DNA from: Octopus bimaculoides
Lineage: Eukaryota
DNA length: 64,000 nucleotides
Assembly: GCF_001194135.2 (NCBI RefSeq)
Contig: NC_068995.1
Location: 29,338,973-29,402,972, forward strand
Direction: 5' to 3'
The notes under the pieces are model-generated. The model did not search any database and had not been told where the DNA came from. It saw only the letters and a list, made by a program, of their open reading frames with translations. A program made the position numbers and the translations under genes. Shown here one piece after another: positions 37,931 through 51,794 of the stretch. Each line of letters opens with the position of its first letter. Within the stretch, counting starts at the first letter, position 1.

Positions 37931-37989
37931 TATCTCTAGTTTCAGTTAGAACGCTTCGACCAGGCTGGAGTATCATCGTTTGCTTTGCT

Positions 37990-38340
37990 ACACTTTCACT
38001 AAACCTCATTTGAATGGTAGTTGGTGAATGAGGGAGTTCGATGCTGCTGCCCTCATCTGTGTTTCCTGCGCGAAGTAGGTTCCTCCAGAACTCTTGACAG
38101 AGGGAGATCTAGTTTGGTTTTAAAGAAGCCTACATCCATCCCATCTGGGACTCTCGGATTTTGTCAGAGAATATTAAAGAGCTGTAGGCACTTGAATCCC
38201 AAGCTGTTGCAGTATCTGGTCTGATCCTGTATCCTGATGACAATGTTGGTATTTTTGGTACTATGCAATGGCGCCCCGTTCTGCTGTTTGTGTAACTGAA
38301 AATGCCAAAGTTTGGTTCAAGTTCTTGTAAGATTTTCTAG
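37990..38340 (-). mobile_element. CR1/Jockey-group LINE 3' end
   Basis: KILQELEPNFGI...GRHCIVP...YCNSLGFKCLQLFNIL...FFKTKLDL.LSRV.EEP...RAAASNSLIHQ. Confidence 0.7.
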
Positions 38341-38639
38341 ATGTATGTATATTATTACGTATCTTTCCTGCCTATATACATACATATATATATATGTATA
38401 TATGTATGTGTGTGTGTATATANNNNNNNNNNNNNNNNNNNNNNNNNNNNNNNNNNNNNNNNNNNNNNNNNNNNNNNNNNNNNNNNNNNNNNNNNNNNNN
38501 NNNNNNNNNNNNNNNNNNNNNNNNNNNNNNNNNNNNNNNNNNNNNNNNNNNNNNNNNNNNNNNNNNNNNNNNNNNNNNNNNNNNCACACACACACATACA
38601 TATATATATATGATTCTTTAAAAAGAATAGTATTGACAA

Positions 38640-39060
38640 CGATTTCGAAGTTTCGTCCTCCTAAACCATCATCGGACAGTAGGCCGTTTCCAGAAAGATG
38701 TTCTTACGATGTTTCCTCAAAATATAAAGATATTATAGCTTCTTGTCAACGCCCCAGATCACTATAATACCGAGAAGTTGTTTAATAGAGATGACAGGTT
38801 TAAATCTTCTTGTTTACCGCCCAACATGTCTGCAATTACTCAGCTAATGAACTCAGGGATAATTGTTGCCTGGTAAATGCTGCATAATAATATATTGGGA
38901 TAAATCATGATTATGCTGGAAGATGAAGAACAGTAGAAGAGATATGAGAGAAAGGCACCTCGGAATCTACGATACTATAGAGCCAAGTCTACACTTTTTG
39001 ATCTTGCCGATGTTCGGAAGGATTTAAAGAGTAAATGTTGAGAAAAGTTATTCAACACTA
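38640..39060 (+). mobile_element. pogo/Tigger-type DDE transposase fragment
   Basis: LVNAPDH (cf. LLDNAPSH) and LPPNMSAITQLMNSGII (cf. LPPNTTxxxQPMDxGII), with stops. Confidence 0.7.
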
Positions 39061-39685
39061 TTTAATTTAATTTTGATTTTGGAGGATTTGAAGCAAATGA
39101 CTTTCAGCGACTTTTTGAAAATGCTGGCGGATGGGAAGCAACTGAAGATGTCGTTAATGAATGGTTTCAAACTGATGAAGGTAATCTGTTCTGGTTATCA
39201 AGTCCTTAATATTGAAGAAACTGTAGGTAAGGGTCTACATAAGCAAGCGAAGGAAAAAAGAAAACATCGTGGAAGAGGAAGTTAACCAACAAGGCCAATG
39301 CTGTCTGAAATAAGGAACCTCTTGGATATTGCCTTCCAGTATGTAGGGACATTTTCTGACCAAAGAGATTGTCTTTTACTATGAATATTTACGTCATTTC
39401 ATGGAGTTCATAATTAAGAATCATCAGAGTGACAAAAAACTGAAACTAGACGTTTTGTAAAGTTATTGTACCTCTGTTTCTGCGCGCGAGCGTGTGCATG
39501 CGTGTCGAGAGTGGATGGCAAAGAAATGACTGAGAGAAAGAAAACTTAAGACCAGTTCAAATATGTTTGAAGGATATATCAACCTGAAAAGATTTTTTAT
39601 TACAGCTTGTCACGGAGAAAAATTCTCTCTTCAAATAAAAAGTGTTAAGACACAATAGTCAGCTCAGAGTGCTCTCTATTGGATA

Positions 39686-39724
39686 GATGGATGCATTTCG
39701 TGCTCGGTCGTTCTCTTCAGCACC
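39686..39724 (-). ncRNA. Solitary candidate hammerhead ribozyme
   Basis: ggtg CTGAAGA gaacgaccgagcac GAAA TGCATC catc: core, palindromic ATGCAT stem III, AUC triplet and stem I are present, but stem II pairs poorly. Confidence 0.4.
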
Positions 39725-40487
39725 AGATATTAAGAGCGGTAATTCTCAACTGACTAAGAAGAAAATCTTTCTTTATCGAAAATCAGTCAATATTAATTAC
39801 CAATAGCATACATTGGCTGCCAGGCCAGAACATAATCGTGTATAAGTAAATGATATTGACTGATTTCTGATAAAAGAAACCGAGTTTTCTAATCAGTTCA
39901 GAGTTATTTGTCTTGGCATCCGGTACTAAAGAGAACTAATGAGTTCGAAATGCATTCATCTGTCCAATAAAGCGTGCTCTGAGTTGACTATAGTATTTTA
40001 TCGCATTTTTGTCTTAAGTGAAAATTTTTCTCTTCAACATATTACAGAGAAAATCCTTTGCAGGTTCAAATATTACTAAAAACATATTTGAACTGGCATT
40101 AAGTTAAGTTTACACACACACAGGGGCATATATGTATATATATATATATATAGTGTAGTATATTGCCACTTAAGTGTGGCTGACCCCTAGGGGTGGATGT
40201 TACTGTTGCTTTTAGCCCCAGGAGGTCCTCCTGGGGCTAAAAGCAACAGTAACATCCACCCCNNNNNNNNNNNNNNNNNNNNNNNNNNNNNNNNNNNNNN
40301 NNNNNNNNNNNNNNNNNNNNNNNNNNNNNNNNNNNNNNNNNNNNNNNNNNNNNNNNNNNNNNNNNNNNNNNNNNNNNNNNNNNNNNNNNNNNNNNNNNNN
40401 NNNNNNNNNNNNNNNNNNNNNNNNNNNNNTATATACACGCATAAACATACAGAAATATACATACACACATGCTATTATAATAATGGA

Positions 40488-40628
40488 GATTCATATTCCG
40501 CCGAGGTCAACTTTGCCTTTCATCCTTTGGGAGTCGATAAATTAAGTACCAGTCAAGCACTGAGGTTGATGTGATCGACTATACCCCTTCCCTCAAATTC
40601 CAGGCCTGTGCCTATAGTAGAAAGGATT
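40488..40628 (+). mobile_element. SINE family 1, 5'-truncated
   Basis: ccgccgaggtcaactttgccttttcatcctttgggagtcgataaattaagtaccagt. Confidence 0.85.
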
Positions 40629-41808
40629 CTAATAATGGAGAGAAAATCCTTTGCTTTAATGATTAATTATTATATTTCTAATTATGTCTTCCTCGCTTTA
40701 CTTTGTGTTCTTCATGCAGAAGGGATCACTGGGAATCTTCTTCAGGCATTATTTCATTTTGTCAAATCATTAAAGATTTTCACACAAAATCATTATCGTT
40801 CTTTCGAGTCGTCCAAAATCAGATAAGCAAGAGTAATACTACGCTTTGCTGAGGTGGATTATAACACGGAAATATGCCTGTAATTGTTACCGTACTTGCC
40901 AGACATCAGACTCACTGTTAACTGCATTCCCCGTTCATTACTTTAAATTAAATTGCATTTCGGAAATGTACATTTTAACATGACTTAATAATTAAAACTA
41001 ATAAACATTCGCTTCACTTCGGGTGTAATCTTATTTAATTAAAATATTTTGGTGCTCACATAATTAAGTGCGTTAGTTCCCACTTAACTATACTGCTTAT
41101 GTCTTATCCCAGTTATATTAGCTACCTAGTTGCTAATTTATAACACACACGCAAACATACACACAAACACACACACACACACACATGCTCGCATGCGCAC
41201 GTGTGTGAGTCTATAATATGCTCGTCGGTGTGCATCATATAAGTTTAAGTCTGATAATCTATGCTTAACGCTGCATCTCGCAGTGCTGCATAATCTTATA
41301 TTCTTTCCATGTAGACAATAATAAAGTATACGCGCCTTATATAGATGAACACCCATCCCATGCCACTTTATGATTTCCACCTGCGTTTTCTGTTTCCCTG
41401 CGTTCAATAATTAACATTTAATCTAAATATATAATTATATGGGTAATTTGAATTTTCAAGAGAAACCTCGTCTCTTCGTAGGAATTCAATTAAAGAAACG
41501 ATTGCGCACGTTCCCCACTGTTTTATTAGAGACCTCATGTCGACGTTAGCTCCTATTTTAAAGCAATATGGTGATTTGAAAATATACATAATGGTGAATG
41601 GTAAAATCGGTAGAGTAGCAGGTACAAGCATCTTGTAATATTTGGTTACGTTCCTTCACGTTCTGAGCTGAAATCCCGTCTAAACGATCCTTCAGAGTTT
41701 AATTAAGTAAGTCTCAAGTTGGATATAATCGGCTACATACTTATAAGATGGGTTCCGAAGCCAGTAAAAGAATAAATACTTGTATTAGAAAGGAAAATAT
41801 TGATTTCG

Positions 41809-41861
<53 letters not shown>

Positions 41862-42140
41862 TAATTATGATAATAATATTAGGGATATGTAAACCAATAT
41901 TTGCCCTAGAAGCGCTGAAATGTGTATTGTGAGATACAAATAAGACAATAATATATTTTCAAACGCACATAGAACAGCAGAGACAAGATAAAATATCCAT
42001 ACAAAGCGGGGAAATATGTCAGCAACTGGCCATGAGACACGAACTCACATTCCTTTGATTACTGGTTAAGTGCTTTATCAACTTAAGCTAAACTGCCCAC
42101 TGACAGTTTAGCTCGTAACAGAGCTTTTTTATATCCCTAG

Positions 42141-42868
42141 CAGTGGCGGCTCGTGTATAGGAACTGTGGAACTGCAGCACCCCCTATTTCCACTCGATAT
42201 TATCGATAACATTCAATATAATGAGTCCTTCTTTTCTTTAATTTTTTCTTTATACTTGTACATTATATAATCGTTAAGCTTAATGTCAGTAGCCATTCCC
42301 TAGTTTATGAAAAATATGCAAATATCCTTGTATAGAACTGTGCACTTCACAGTTCCAGCGACGCAGTGTTTGTCTGAGATAGAAAGCTTCACACTAGGAA
42401 GAGAGAGTACTGCGTGAACGATAGTGCCGGGTGAAAGATAGTGTTTCTTTTTGACTCCATGTGTGTTGTGCTTAAAAACGTGTTTATATTCTTGAATGTG
42501 ATGACGTGTAGAATTAGATTATTATCCTTCTTCCAGCTACAGTGTTGCTGCCAGGATTTGAAAAATAGGGCACATGCCCCACCGCCGCCGCCGCCACCAC
42601 CACCACCACCATCACCACCACCACCCCATTTTGTGATTTAGGGAGGATTTTTGAAAAACAAGGGGAAATTCGCAGGGATGTTCAGTGAGCAAATTAAACA
42701 CACTACTCGGCAGTGGTTAAAACTCGAACCGATTAAGTTTATGTNNNNNNNNNNNNNNNNNNNNNNNNNNNNNNNTATATATTTGTTTCCTTTTACATAA
42801 TATTAAAACAACGGCTAAAACTCTTCTGAAGCAGCACCCCCACTTATTTTATCTACGAGCCGTCACTG
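42141..42868. mobile_element. hAT-type non-autonomous element
   Basis: TIRs CAGTGGCGGCTCGT / ACGAGCCGTCACTG, with flanks atccctag / gtccctac (6/8 identical, consistent with an 8-bp target site duplication, TSD). Confidence 0.8.
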
Positions 42869-42959
42869 GTCCCTACTTTAACTCTTTTCACATATTTTCA
42901 TTTTTCAGACAGAGTAGCATTTCTCACTTTTGTATATAGGTGTTAAACTCGATACAAAA

Positions 42960-43152
42960 GTGACGAGCTGGCAGAAACGTTAGCACGCCGGACAAAATGC
43001 TTAGCGGCATATCACTCGTCTTCACGTTCTTCTGCCGAGGTCGACTTTGCATTTCGTGATCGATAAAATAAGAACTAGCTGTTCACTGGGGTCGATGTGA
43101 TCAACTTACCCGCTTCCCCGAAATTGTTGCCCTTCCGCCAAAGTTTGAAATC
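42960..43152 (+). mobile_element. SINE family 1
   Basis: gacgagctggcagaaacgttagcacgccggacaaaatgcttagcggcat...gccgaggtcgactttgc...ggggtcgatgtgatcaac. Confidence 0.88.
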
Positions 43153-43759
43153 AATTTATCTCGATACATATACAATGTTTATTCTCTTTGAGATCCTTAT
43201 TTTATCCTTACTCCAAAATGTTTCTTTGTTACTTTTCCTTATCACCTAACCAATTAAATATCTTTATCTATTATATTTAGTTATTTATATATTTTGTCAC
43301 CTTTTGTTCCATTCCCTTCCATTTAATAGTCCAATTTAATTAATGCACTCATTTCATTCACAAGTATTTTATTGCCTCTTTTAATAAATTGTTTGACACC
43401 GTTTACAGAATACTCATTTCATTTATTAACCTAGTTTCATTATTTCATTCATCTCTTCCGTTTTTCCATCCACAGGTACTTCATCAACCCTTTGACTTCT
43501 CAGACTGAAATCCTATAACATAATCTAACAAACATTTAGCTAGTTCATTTAGTACAAATAATTTCGATATAAATTCGTTCAGTCTTCCATATTCTATTGG
43601 TATATCTTAAGACTCTCCTATTTAATATTAGTTACGGTTTCTTTTAATTGTCACCTCATGAACATAAAAGCATTAACGGTAGTAACGCTGACATTAATAC
43701 AGCACACATTACTGTTAATATACAACATTAGTATCAAATACATTTAGTATGATTCATAT

Positions 43760-43923
43760 CCGTAGCGCAACTAGGGGTAGTGAGAAGGGTGATTACCTAG
43801 GGTGACACTTTTGAGGGAGTTGCACTTTTGGATCTTCTGTATAAGCCTGTATAGGTTTGAGATGTTGGAGGCGGGGGGCCTCAAGGGTTGCCTCGGACGG
43901 CACACACACTAACTATGCCGCTG
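43760..43923. mobile_element. hAT-type MITE (164 bp)
   Basis: Imperfect TIRs ccgtagcgcaactag / ctaactatgccgctg, with flanks attcatat / gttcatat (7/8, 8-bp TSD). Confidence 0.7.
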
Positions 43924-45915
43924 GTTCATATACATATTCAGTATATTTTCAACCATATTTAATTTGATCAACATTTTCTAATTACTAAATCAGTTTAAAC
44001 AATAATTTTCTCTCTTAACTCTATTCTGGTACTGACTTCTGTCTTTACTTTGCGGACTGCTTTCCACTGCCCTATATATTTCTAAGAACAAATACAACTT
44101 TAAAATACCCATCTACTTTGTTTTTGCTATCGTTAATAGGTGATGACGATGGTGGTTGGGTGGATCAGGCGTCAAATACTAAGCCAATGGGCCAGTGGTT
44201 CATATTCTGTGACATTTGCAATCATTTATCGTAACTTTCAACGCCGAATATATCATTCTCTGAGCAGTTTAACTATCCAGGGTGCACCTCTCTTTTTCAA
44301 AACAATAGAATGTAATTTGTGAGAGATTTAACTGCTATTTCTAATGATTCAAACGACTGGGGTTCTTTCTGTCGGAAGGTGTAGAAGAGTAAAACTGTCG
44401 GGTGCTTTTGTTACCTTTAGAGGGCTGAATTTAAGTCGACATGAAACAGATAGGAAACCGGTGAAACCTATTCCTTTCTTGAACCCCTGCAAAGAAAACA
44501 GGTTTTCTGTGGGGCCTCAACGACCCATGTAATAATGCAATTATATATCTATATTAAATGTTATTTTGTAAACGTAGGCTAACAGGAAGTGAGATGGGCG
44601 AGTAGGTGGGAACCATTAAACGCTGGGGGTGCTCGCTAGTATGAGAGGTGTATAGCGAGACAGTCATCTCTGCATGGGAATAAGAACATAAGGTTATGCA
44701 GTACAAGTGAAGAGAGCAACAGTGTTTAATACAGAACTAATCTCAGGCTTAAATTATCAAATACGCATCCATGATACATACACATGCATGTGTGTGTGTG
44801 TGTGTGACTTTATGTGTGTGTATGTGTGTGTGTATGTATGCGTATGTGTGTGTATGTGTGTGTGTAGCCTGTATACTTATAATGAAGCATATCATGATTT
44901 TCAACCCACCAGCTAATTTCACTTCCAGTACTGTTTCAATATAATAATTAAGTTTCATTACTTTTTATTTACCCTTTGGTTTCTACATTAATGCAGTTTA
45001 GTTTTATAAAAGACGGCAGTTGGCAGCTGCAGCTGAGCATATTACAGTAATTACTCTCGGCACTGGTGTCTTCTGTGTTCAAATCGTGCCAGATTCTTTT
45101 TAACCCATAAAATTCTCCGAAATAAAAAAAAATAAAGCGTACACGTCACATTTATTAGAGATTCAATAATTTTAAGAAGTTGGTGAAAATGCACTTGCTG
45201 CCCTGAACATTAATAACACATATGGCTGTGTATGGCACGCGAAGTTTTGAGCAAAATTGACTGCCTATGTTCTCCATTTGGCCCTTTTCGCTTGACACGT
45301 TTTTCTTGTTTTTTTTGTTTTTTTTTGTCGGATTGTACCATGAGATCTGTATTTGTGGAGCTCTCTCAGACCTACACTGTCATTTCTGATGCCCCTGAGG
45401 TTTGATTTAACCTCTCACGCACTTAATCCTACACTGACTCCATGAGAACATTGACTTCGAAAGCATCCACCAATAGAATAATATCTCAATCAGTTCTCCT
45501 TTAACAGAACAAAAATACAAACATTATCGTACCTCAACCCACATGAGAACACATTACTAAATCCTTCCAGGTTTCTGTAAATGCTAGGATCTCTCCTGGC
45601 CAACGCATATTCTCAACTTAGCAGATACTGCATCATGAAGACTAACTTTTCGTCAGGAACAGAAAATACTTTACAACGACAAGTAATAAACCTTTATAAA
45701 GCTCAGAGTAGACGCATGACGGAGTCCTGCTTCTCTGTTTTAGACAGTACCTCTGCTACAGAAATAGACATTCCAAATTAAATCACTCAAGTGATTGGCA
45801 TGAAGACACCAATATATTCCAAATTCTGGCCGTGATGCCTCCTTTCGCTCTCTTTCTATGTCCCTCTCTCTCTCTTCTTCTCCCTTTCCCCTTCTTTCTC
45901 TCATTATCTAACTGT

Positions 45916-45980
<65 letters not shown>

Positions 45981-46574
45981 ATTTATAACGCTACAGTACC
46001 CTCTGCTCCTCCGATGTGGCTGGTCTACTGCTATTTCTTTTCAAGCATTCCAAACCCATTCGTCTCTTCTCTCGTCCTATTTGTTGTGTCCAGTCTCCAC
46101 TCCAGACCCTAAATTAACTCCCGCGACCAGTCTCCCCTGAATACCAGTTCTCTGGAATTCTCACCCTGCCCACGTGTTTTTGAATCTTTTAACGATTCAC
46201 CATAAGCATAAATAAATACAATAGCCATGTTGTTCTCGCCAGATTGCGAGGGCTATTAGTACAGTCCCTTCCTCTGCACAAAACCAATAAAAAAAATTAT
46301 ATCACAAATATTGAACCTACACGTAATCTAATGAAATCCTTTATATTTGCCTTAAAATTTGTGAATTGGCAACATCGATTGAGCAGTAGACAAAATATTA
46401 TACAATATTTACTTACGCCTCTTTACGGTTCTGATTTCAAAACTAAGCTATGGACAACTTTGTCTTTTATCTGTCTGGGATTGAGATAATATGTGCAAAT
46501 ATGAGATGTCAAATATTTACTTTTCTCACTCTGTAACCTTACTTCCTCAATAGTTGTTTTCCTTTTATTAACTG

Positions 46575-46689
<115 letters not shown>

Positions 46690-47539
46690 CTCTCCTTCTC
46701 TCGCTCACTCTCTATCTTCTGTCATGATCAACTTTGCCTCTCTCTCTTTAGTCTATTTTTCTATTTTTGTTTCCTATAGATTCCCCATCTATCTTAATGT
46801 TGTCTTTTATATATTGAATAAGTTCAAAGCATCTTTTCTTGCAAATACACCGGCTTGTTGGTGTCTAATGAAGTGAAATCATTACATTTACTTTGTAGTA
46901 TTAGTCAATGGTATCAGTAGAGAATTGTTAGCAGAAATGTTAGTGAATTCTTTCAGTTATTGGAAATTTTAGTTGTATATCGGAAACAAAAATAGGGACT
47001 TATGGGAAATATTCATCGCCGACTCATCTAGTCTTGTATATACGTATGAGTGAGTCGATAACGTGCGGCGCAACCAACCGAGTGGTTGGCAGTTCATATC
47101 CTGCCTTGCTTCAAAAAGCCAGTTATCAGTTGCTGAGTCCACTTAACTATAAGTTGTTGCTATTTTACCCCAAGTCATCCATATCATCAAAGGGCATTTC
47201 GGCTATGACTACTCCATGTTTAAAGAAGCATGTGATGGACTACATTATCCAATACAGCTTTCTTTAAACCTTCTAAACATTTACGTTATCAATAACTGAT
47301 TTACTGAAGTTATACCGTAGGATGGAATTTGTAAATACAACTTTCGTAATTCGTATATTATATTTACGAATTCCATGGACACTCCATTTTTAATAAGTTT
47401 AAAAACCAATTTTCGAAATATTCATTTCACAATTTTTGATGGCCTTGGTGACATTCACACATTAACCACCGTAGGTAAACGGTTAAAATGACGACAAATT
47501 GCAGTTTTTGAAGCGTCGGATAGAAATCCTTGTGGTATT

Positions 47540-47840
47540 TTCTTCTTCTTTTCCTTTCTTTTCCTCCTCCTGCTCCCCTCCTCTTTCTTTTTTCCTCCTC
47601 CTTCTTTTCCTCTTCCTCTTCCTCCTTCTTTTCCCCTTCCTCTTCCTCTTCCTCCTCCTCTTCTTCCTCCTCCTCCCCTCCCCCTCCCCCTCCCCCTAAT
47701 CCTCCTCCCTCTCCTCTTCTTCTTCTTCTTCTTCTTCTTCTTCTTCTTCTTCTTCTTCTTCTTCTTCTTCTTCTTCTTCTTCTTCTTCTTCTTCTTCTTC
47801 TTCTTCTTCTTCTTCTTCTTCTTCTTCTTCTTCTTCTCTT
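47540..47840. repeat. Polypyrimidine tract ending in long (TTC)n
   Basis: About 300 nt of almost pure C/T. The poly-K and poly-L ORFs here are artefacts. Confidence 0.95.
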
Positions 47841-49324
47841 TCTTCGTTGTAAGAATGGTCATGGAGAGACGCGCGTACAACGTTTCTACCTCATGAAAAG
47901 GAAAAAGGATTGGACGAGAGATTAGCCACTTCTCATAGAAACACTAATGTGTCTCTGGAACCATTCAAGGACGATCTGCTGTACAATATACAGAACGGAA
48001 CGGAAAAGTTAAAAGTGTTCAAAGAGTAGGCTATGATTTGAAGGTGATTTAGCTGTTTGTTTTAGCGCGACTATGTAGAAAAATATATATCTCAAGGTAG
48101 GAAATATCAGGAGACAGCGGTTGCTGCTTGGTCAAATTAAAGAATGATTCCTTAAATATCAGTCTGCGAAAAAAGTCAGAAATAACCTCAGATAATCCAC
48201 AGATTAAATGGGTTTATTTTTGTAAAGAGACAGACTGTTTAAGCTGATTATGATCATAACTGATTTAAAAATGAAAGAAAAAAAAAGATAATGGTCAGTC
48301 TTGACGGAAAAAAAAACAATCAATCAGTATGCCTATCCGAATCACATATTTAACAACGTGAATTAATAAGTTGGCTAGTATTTGGGAATATGCATGCTTT
48401 AGTACGTGGGTGTGCATTTCAGATTAGTATTATTGGCAGACACGTGGTTTGATTTATGTGTTTATTATTTCTTTTTAATAAGTTACCAAAAGAGGCAGAT
48501 TAGTTCCCAAAATATTTGCTGATTCTTTCAGACTGGAGCGGTTAATTTTCAATTTGAACATCTGCAGATCGATACGTACAGAAAAAAACCCTTCTGAGAA
48601 GATGCGTTCCAGAATTCTCCAGGAGTTGGATGATCCGGCTGAAATATGTATTGCAAGATCTGAAAGCTAAGACAAAAGTGAAAAGGACGGCAAGAAGGTA
48701 CATAGGTTAATTCTGTAATCATGGGTGCAGATAGTTTAAGAAGAACAAAGGCCAAAGGGTGCAGATATAATGGACTGAGAAAATTTGTAAACCTGTGGTT
48801 TTTAGCTTAGTATTCTATCTCAGGCAATATATTGCACGCTACGGGAGGGTTCTTATAAAGCTTCATCAGCACCTCCACTCATTATTGCTCAAACGCTAAG
48901 CTTACTCCATCATGACACGTATTTCGTCGGTAGTTATTTTGTTATAACGAAAATAAAAGATGTCAGTAATGTAATGAAAAGAAAGTCTCTCAACGCTTTT
49001 CTCGAGATGTAGAAACGAAGCCAATAGAATGAGACGAGTCGGTTGTTGGTGAAGAGACTGCGTAGATGTGTGGCTTGCATTGTAGCGCTTGATAGTGGAA
49101 GTGATATTGGTAAGAATTAACATTGCCCCCGCCATTACAACTGCAGTTGGAGTTTAATTAATGTAATTTTTAAGTAAATTTCCTGTTGCAAGTAGACTTT
49201 TTGTTTGGGTGAGTTTTGTGTTTGATGTGAATTTTTTCTAAACTTCTCAAACATACACAATAAACCCTAAATGCATGACTCCATAATTCTGTTGCCCTCT
49301 TTCTTTCTCTCCAACTTACTTAGA

Positions 49325-49378
<54 letters not shown>

Positions 49379-49406
49379 CTATCTCACACACGCACACACA
49401 CACACA

Positions 49407-49443
<37 letters not shown>

Positions 49444-50399
49444 ACACCCACACAGACACACACACACACCTCATAGGCACTCATGCACATAATAGTGACA
49501 ACTACCAAGAAGAGAGAAATATCTATTACATCTGCAAAGGAGATTAAGTTATTCACGAAGCCAAGAATGAAGAATATTCATATATTAAATTCAAAAGGCG
49601 ATAAATCACGGATCAGAGTTATATACTTATTTAAGTGTTTTAACGAGAGTATTCAAGTATTTAAGAGGATAACCGTTAATGTGTTAGCTGATACACCTTT
49701 ATTCGAAATTTGTTATAATTAATGTTTCTTGTTCCCTTTAAAGAAGCATTTTTGGTATTTGTGGCCTCTAAACAAATGTTCGCTGCCCCTAGAACATAAA
49801 TTAATTCGAGGATGTATTTATATCGGGTGGATCTAGTGTATCACTGCTTTCCTTTGGGCACTTTGGTTTCTATACGTTTTGAGAAAGATTTTATTTCCAT
49901 GAATCATTTATCTCCTAACACTCTGGTTTCCATTCATTTTTCAAATTATTTCAAATTTTATAGAATTTCAAGAACAAAAAGTAATACATTGTATCCAATT
50001 ATAGTTTCAAAGGAAATAAGACTCTTCGCATTTACAGAAATCCGTGTTCTTTATAATATGTTTGAAATAGACATATGAATGTTATTTACACATTAAATTA
50101 CGAAATATATTGTTGATATTGAGTATCTATCAGTTGTACTGTACATTAGACATTGTATTGCTATAAATGTATTGGGAAAGAATTACATTCCTTATATCCA
50201 ATAGTATTCTATTAAATCGTCTATGTCTCTATTAACAGCAATTCTGAGTCAATTAAAGCTACTTTTAAGCTTTGGACAGCACCGAGTATTCTACTAGTAT
50301 GCAAACAGACATGCATATACATCGTCGTCATCGTTGGATAAGTCGAACTGAAAAGTTATCTGATTACTTCAGTTATATTCGTTTCATTTTCTTCTAGCA

Positions 50400-51790
50400 T
50401 TGGCTCGCAAGTGGCTGTGGAGAACCAGATTCGATCGAAACATTCGATAGCATTCCCTTCGTGGGATTGTTGATTAACGGAGGTTTGTCTTCTCTTTCTT
50501 AATTGACGTATCTGGTAATCCAAGCCTTTCTGTCTAACCCAAAGAGTTAACAGCTAATATGGCAGTTTTCTCCATTGCTTTCTATTCATTGGGACAGTTT
50601 CGAACTTCTTTTGTGCAATGTAGCTGAGGGTGAAATTTCTCTTCATGATGTCTCTGAACCTCAGTTGCGATCTCCTATGGTAATATCAGTTTAGAATAAA
50701 AGATGCTCTTTGGAAGTTGTTTATTCTTCATCTTTTGAACAATGCCTATCCAGTATAGTTGATGGCTAATGAATATCGCATCCATACTTGTCATTTCTGC
50801 TTGTATAGGACGCATTTTGTTCCAATTTGATATCGGGAAGTGACTAAAATTTTAATTAATAGAACAATTCAAATTATTTTATGTGAAAGCGATAAGGAGT
50901 CCCTGCCCCACACATAAAGGAATATGGTAGCACATTCCACTCGGTAAACGGACAGCTTGCTGTTAATTTTGAATCGGTAGTTCTTGAAGACCCTTTGATT
51001 AAGTTGTTCTGTATGCTGCATGAGCAACATGTAACCCGTTGTTGATCTCATAGTTTATAGTTGCATTTGAAAATATGTTGAAATTAAGATATAGAAAGTA
51101 GGAGGCTTAATTTATTAGGTTGCTTTTGATGGTTATTTCGATCTTTTGTTGGGATGGTCTTCGAGTTGGTGCCTTGTTGATGGTAACTGTTAGGCAATAA
51201 TATTCATATTCTGAAACCCATGAGTCACATAATTGTCAGAAGTGGACTTGGTCATGATTGAATATAGCCTTTTCATCTGCATACTACATTTCAATAAAAG
51301 TTTTGTGCTCCGAAAAAACGCCGGTTTCGATTAAGGACACTTTCATTGTACCTGGTTCTGTGTGTAAAAATGTCTCTCTTTCATTTACAGTAGCCAAATA
51401 AACCTCACAGAGAAATAGAGAGAAGTGGGTCAGTACAAAGACATTTCCTTACTTCACATGAGTTCTGACCTCAAAAAAGGTGATACCTGTTCGATAACAC
51501 ACAATGTTATCATGAAGAAAATAGATGATAACACGGAATTTCAGTGGAAATCCAAACTACTGAAGTATTTTCAAGATTTTCACTGCATATAATGTTAAAA
51601 GTTTTGGTGTAATCAAAAGATGTAGGGGCTTGTCGAGCTCCTTGGCTTTCCTTTGCAGTTGACAGATGGCAAAAATTATGTCCACTGTATGGTAACCACC
51701 AGGTGAAATCAGTTCTGTGACGTAGGAGAGTGCAGTTTCCGCTACTGGTAGGAGTCGTTCCAACATGTTTCTTGTAGAGACAATCCATAA
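50400..51790 (-). mobile_element. Degraded RTE-clade LINE (RT to 3' end)
   Basis: RLLPVAE...TVDIIFAICQLQRKAKE; YADE; RVFKNYRFKI.SKLSVYR; HQLYWIG..QKMKNKQLPKSIFYS. Confidence 0.8.
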
Positions 51791-51794
51791 AGTT

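Noticed and set aside
40190-40262. Perfect 73-bp palindrome (36-bp arms, 1-nt centre)
   Set aside because: It ends exactly at an assembly gap and is perfectly symmetric, so it is most likely a contig-end fold-back artefact. It needs long reads to check.
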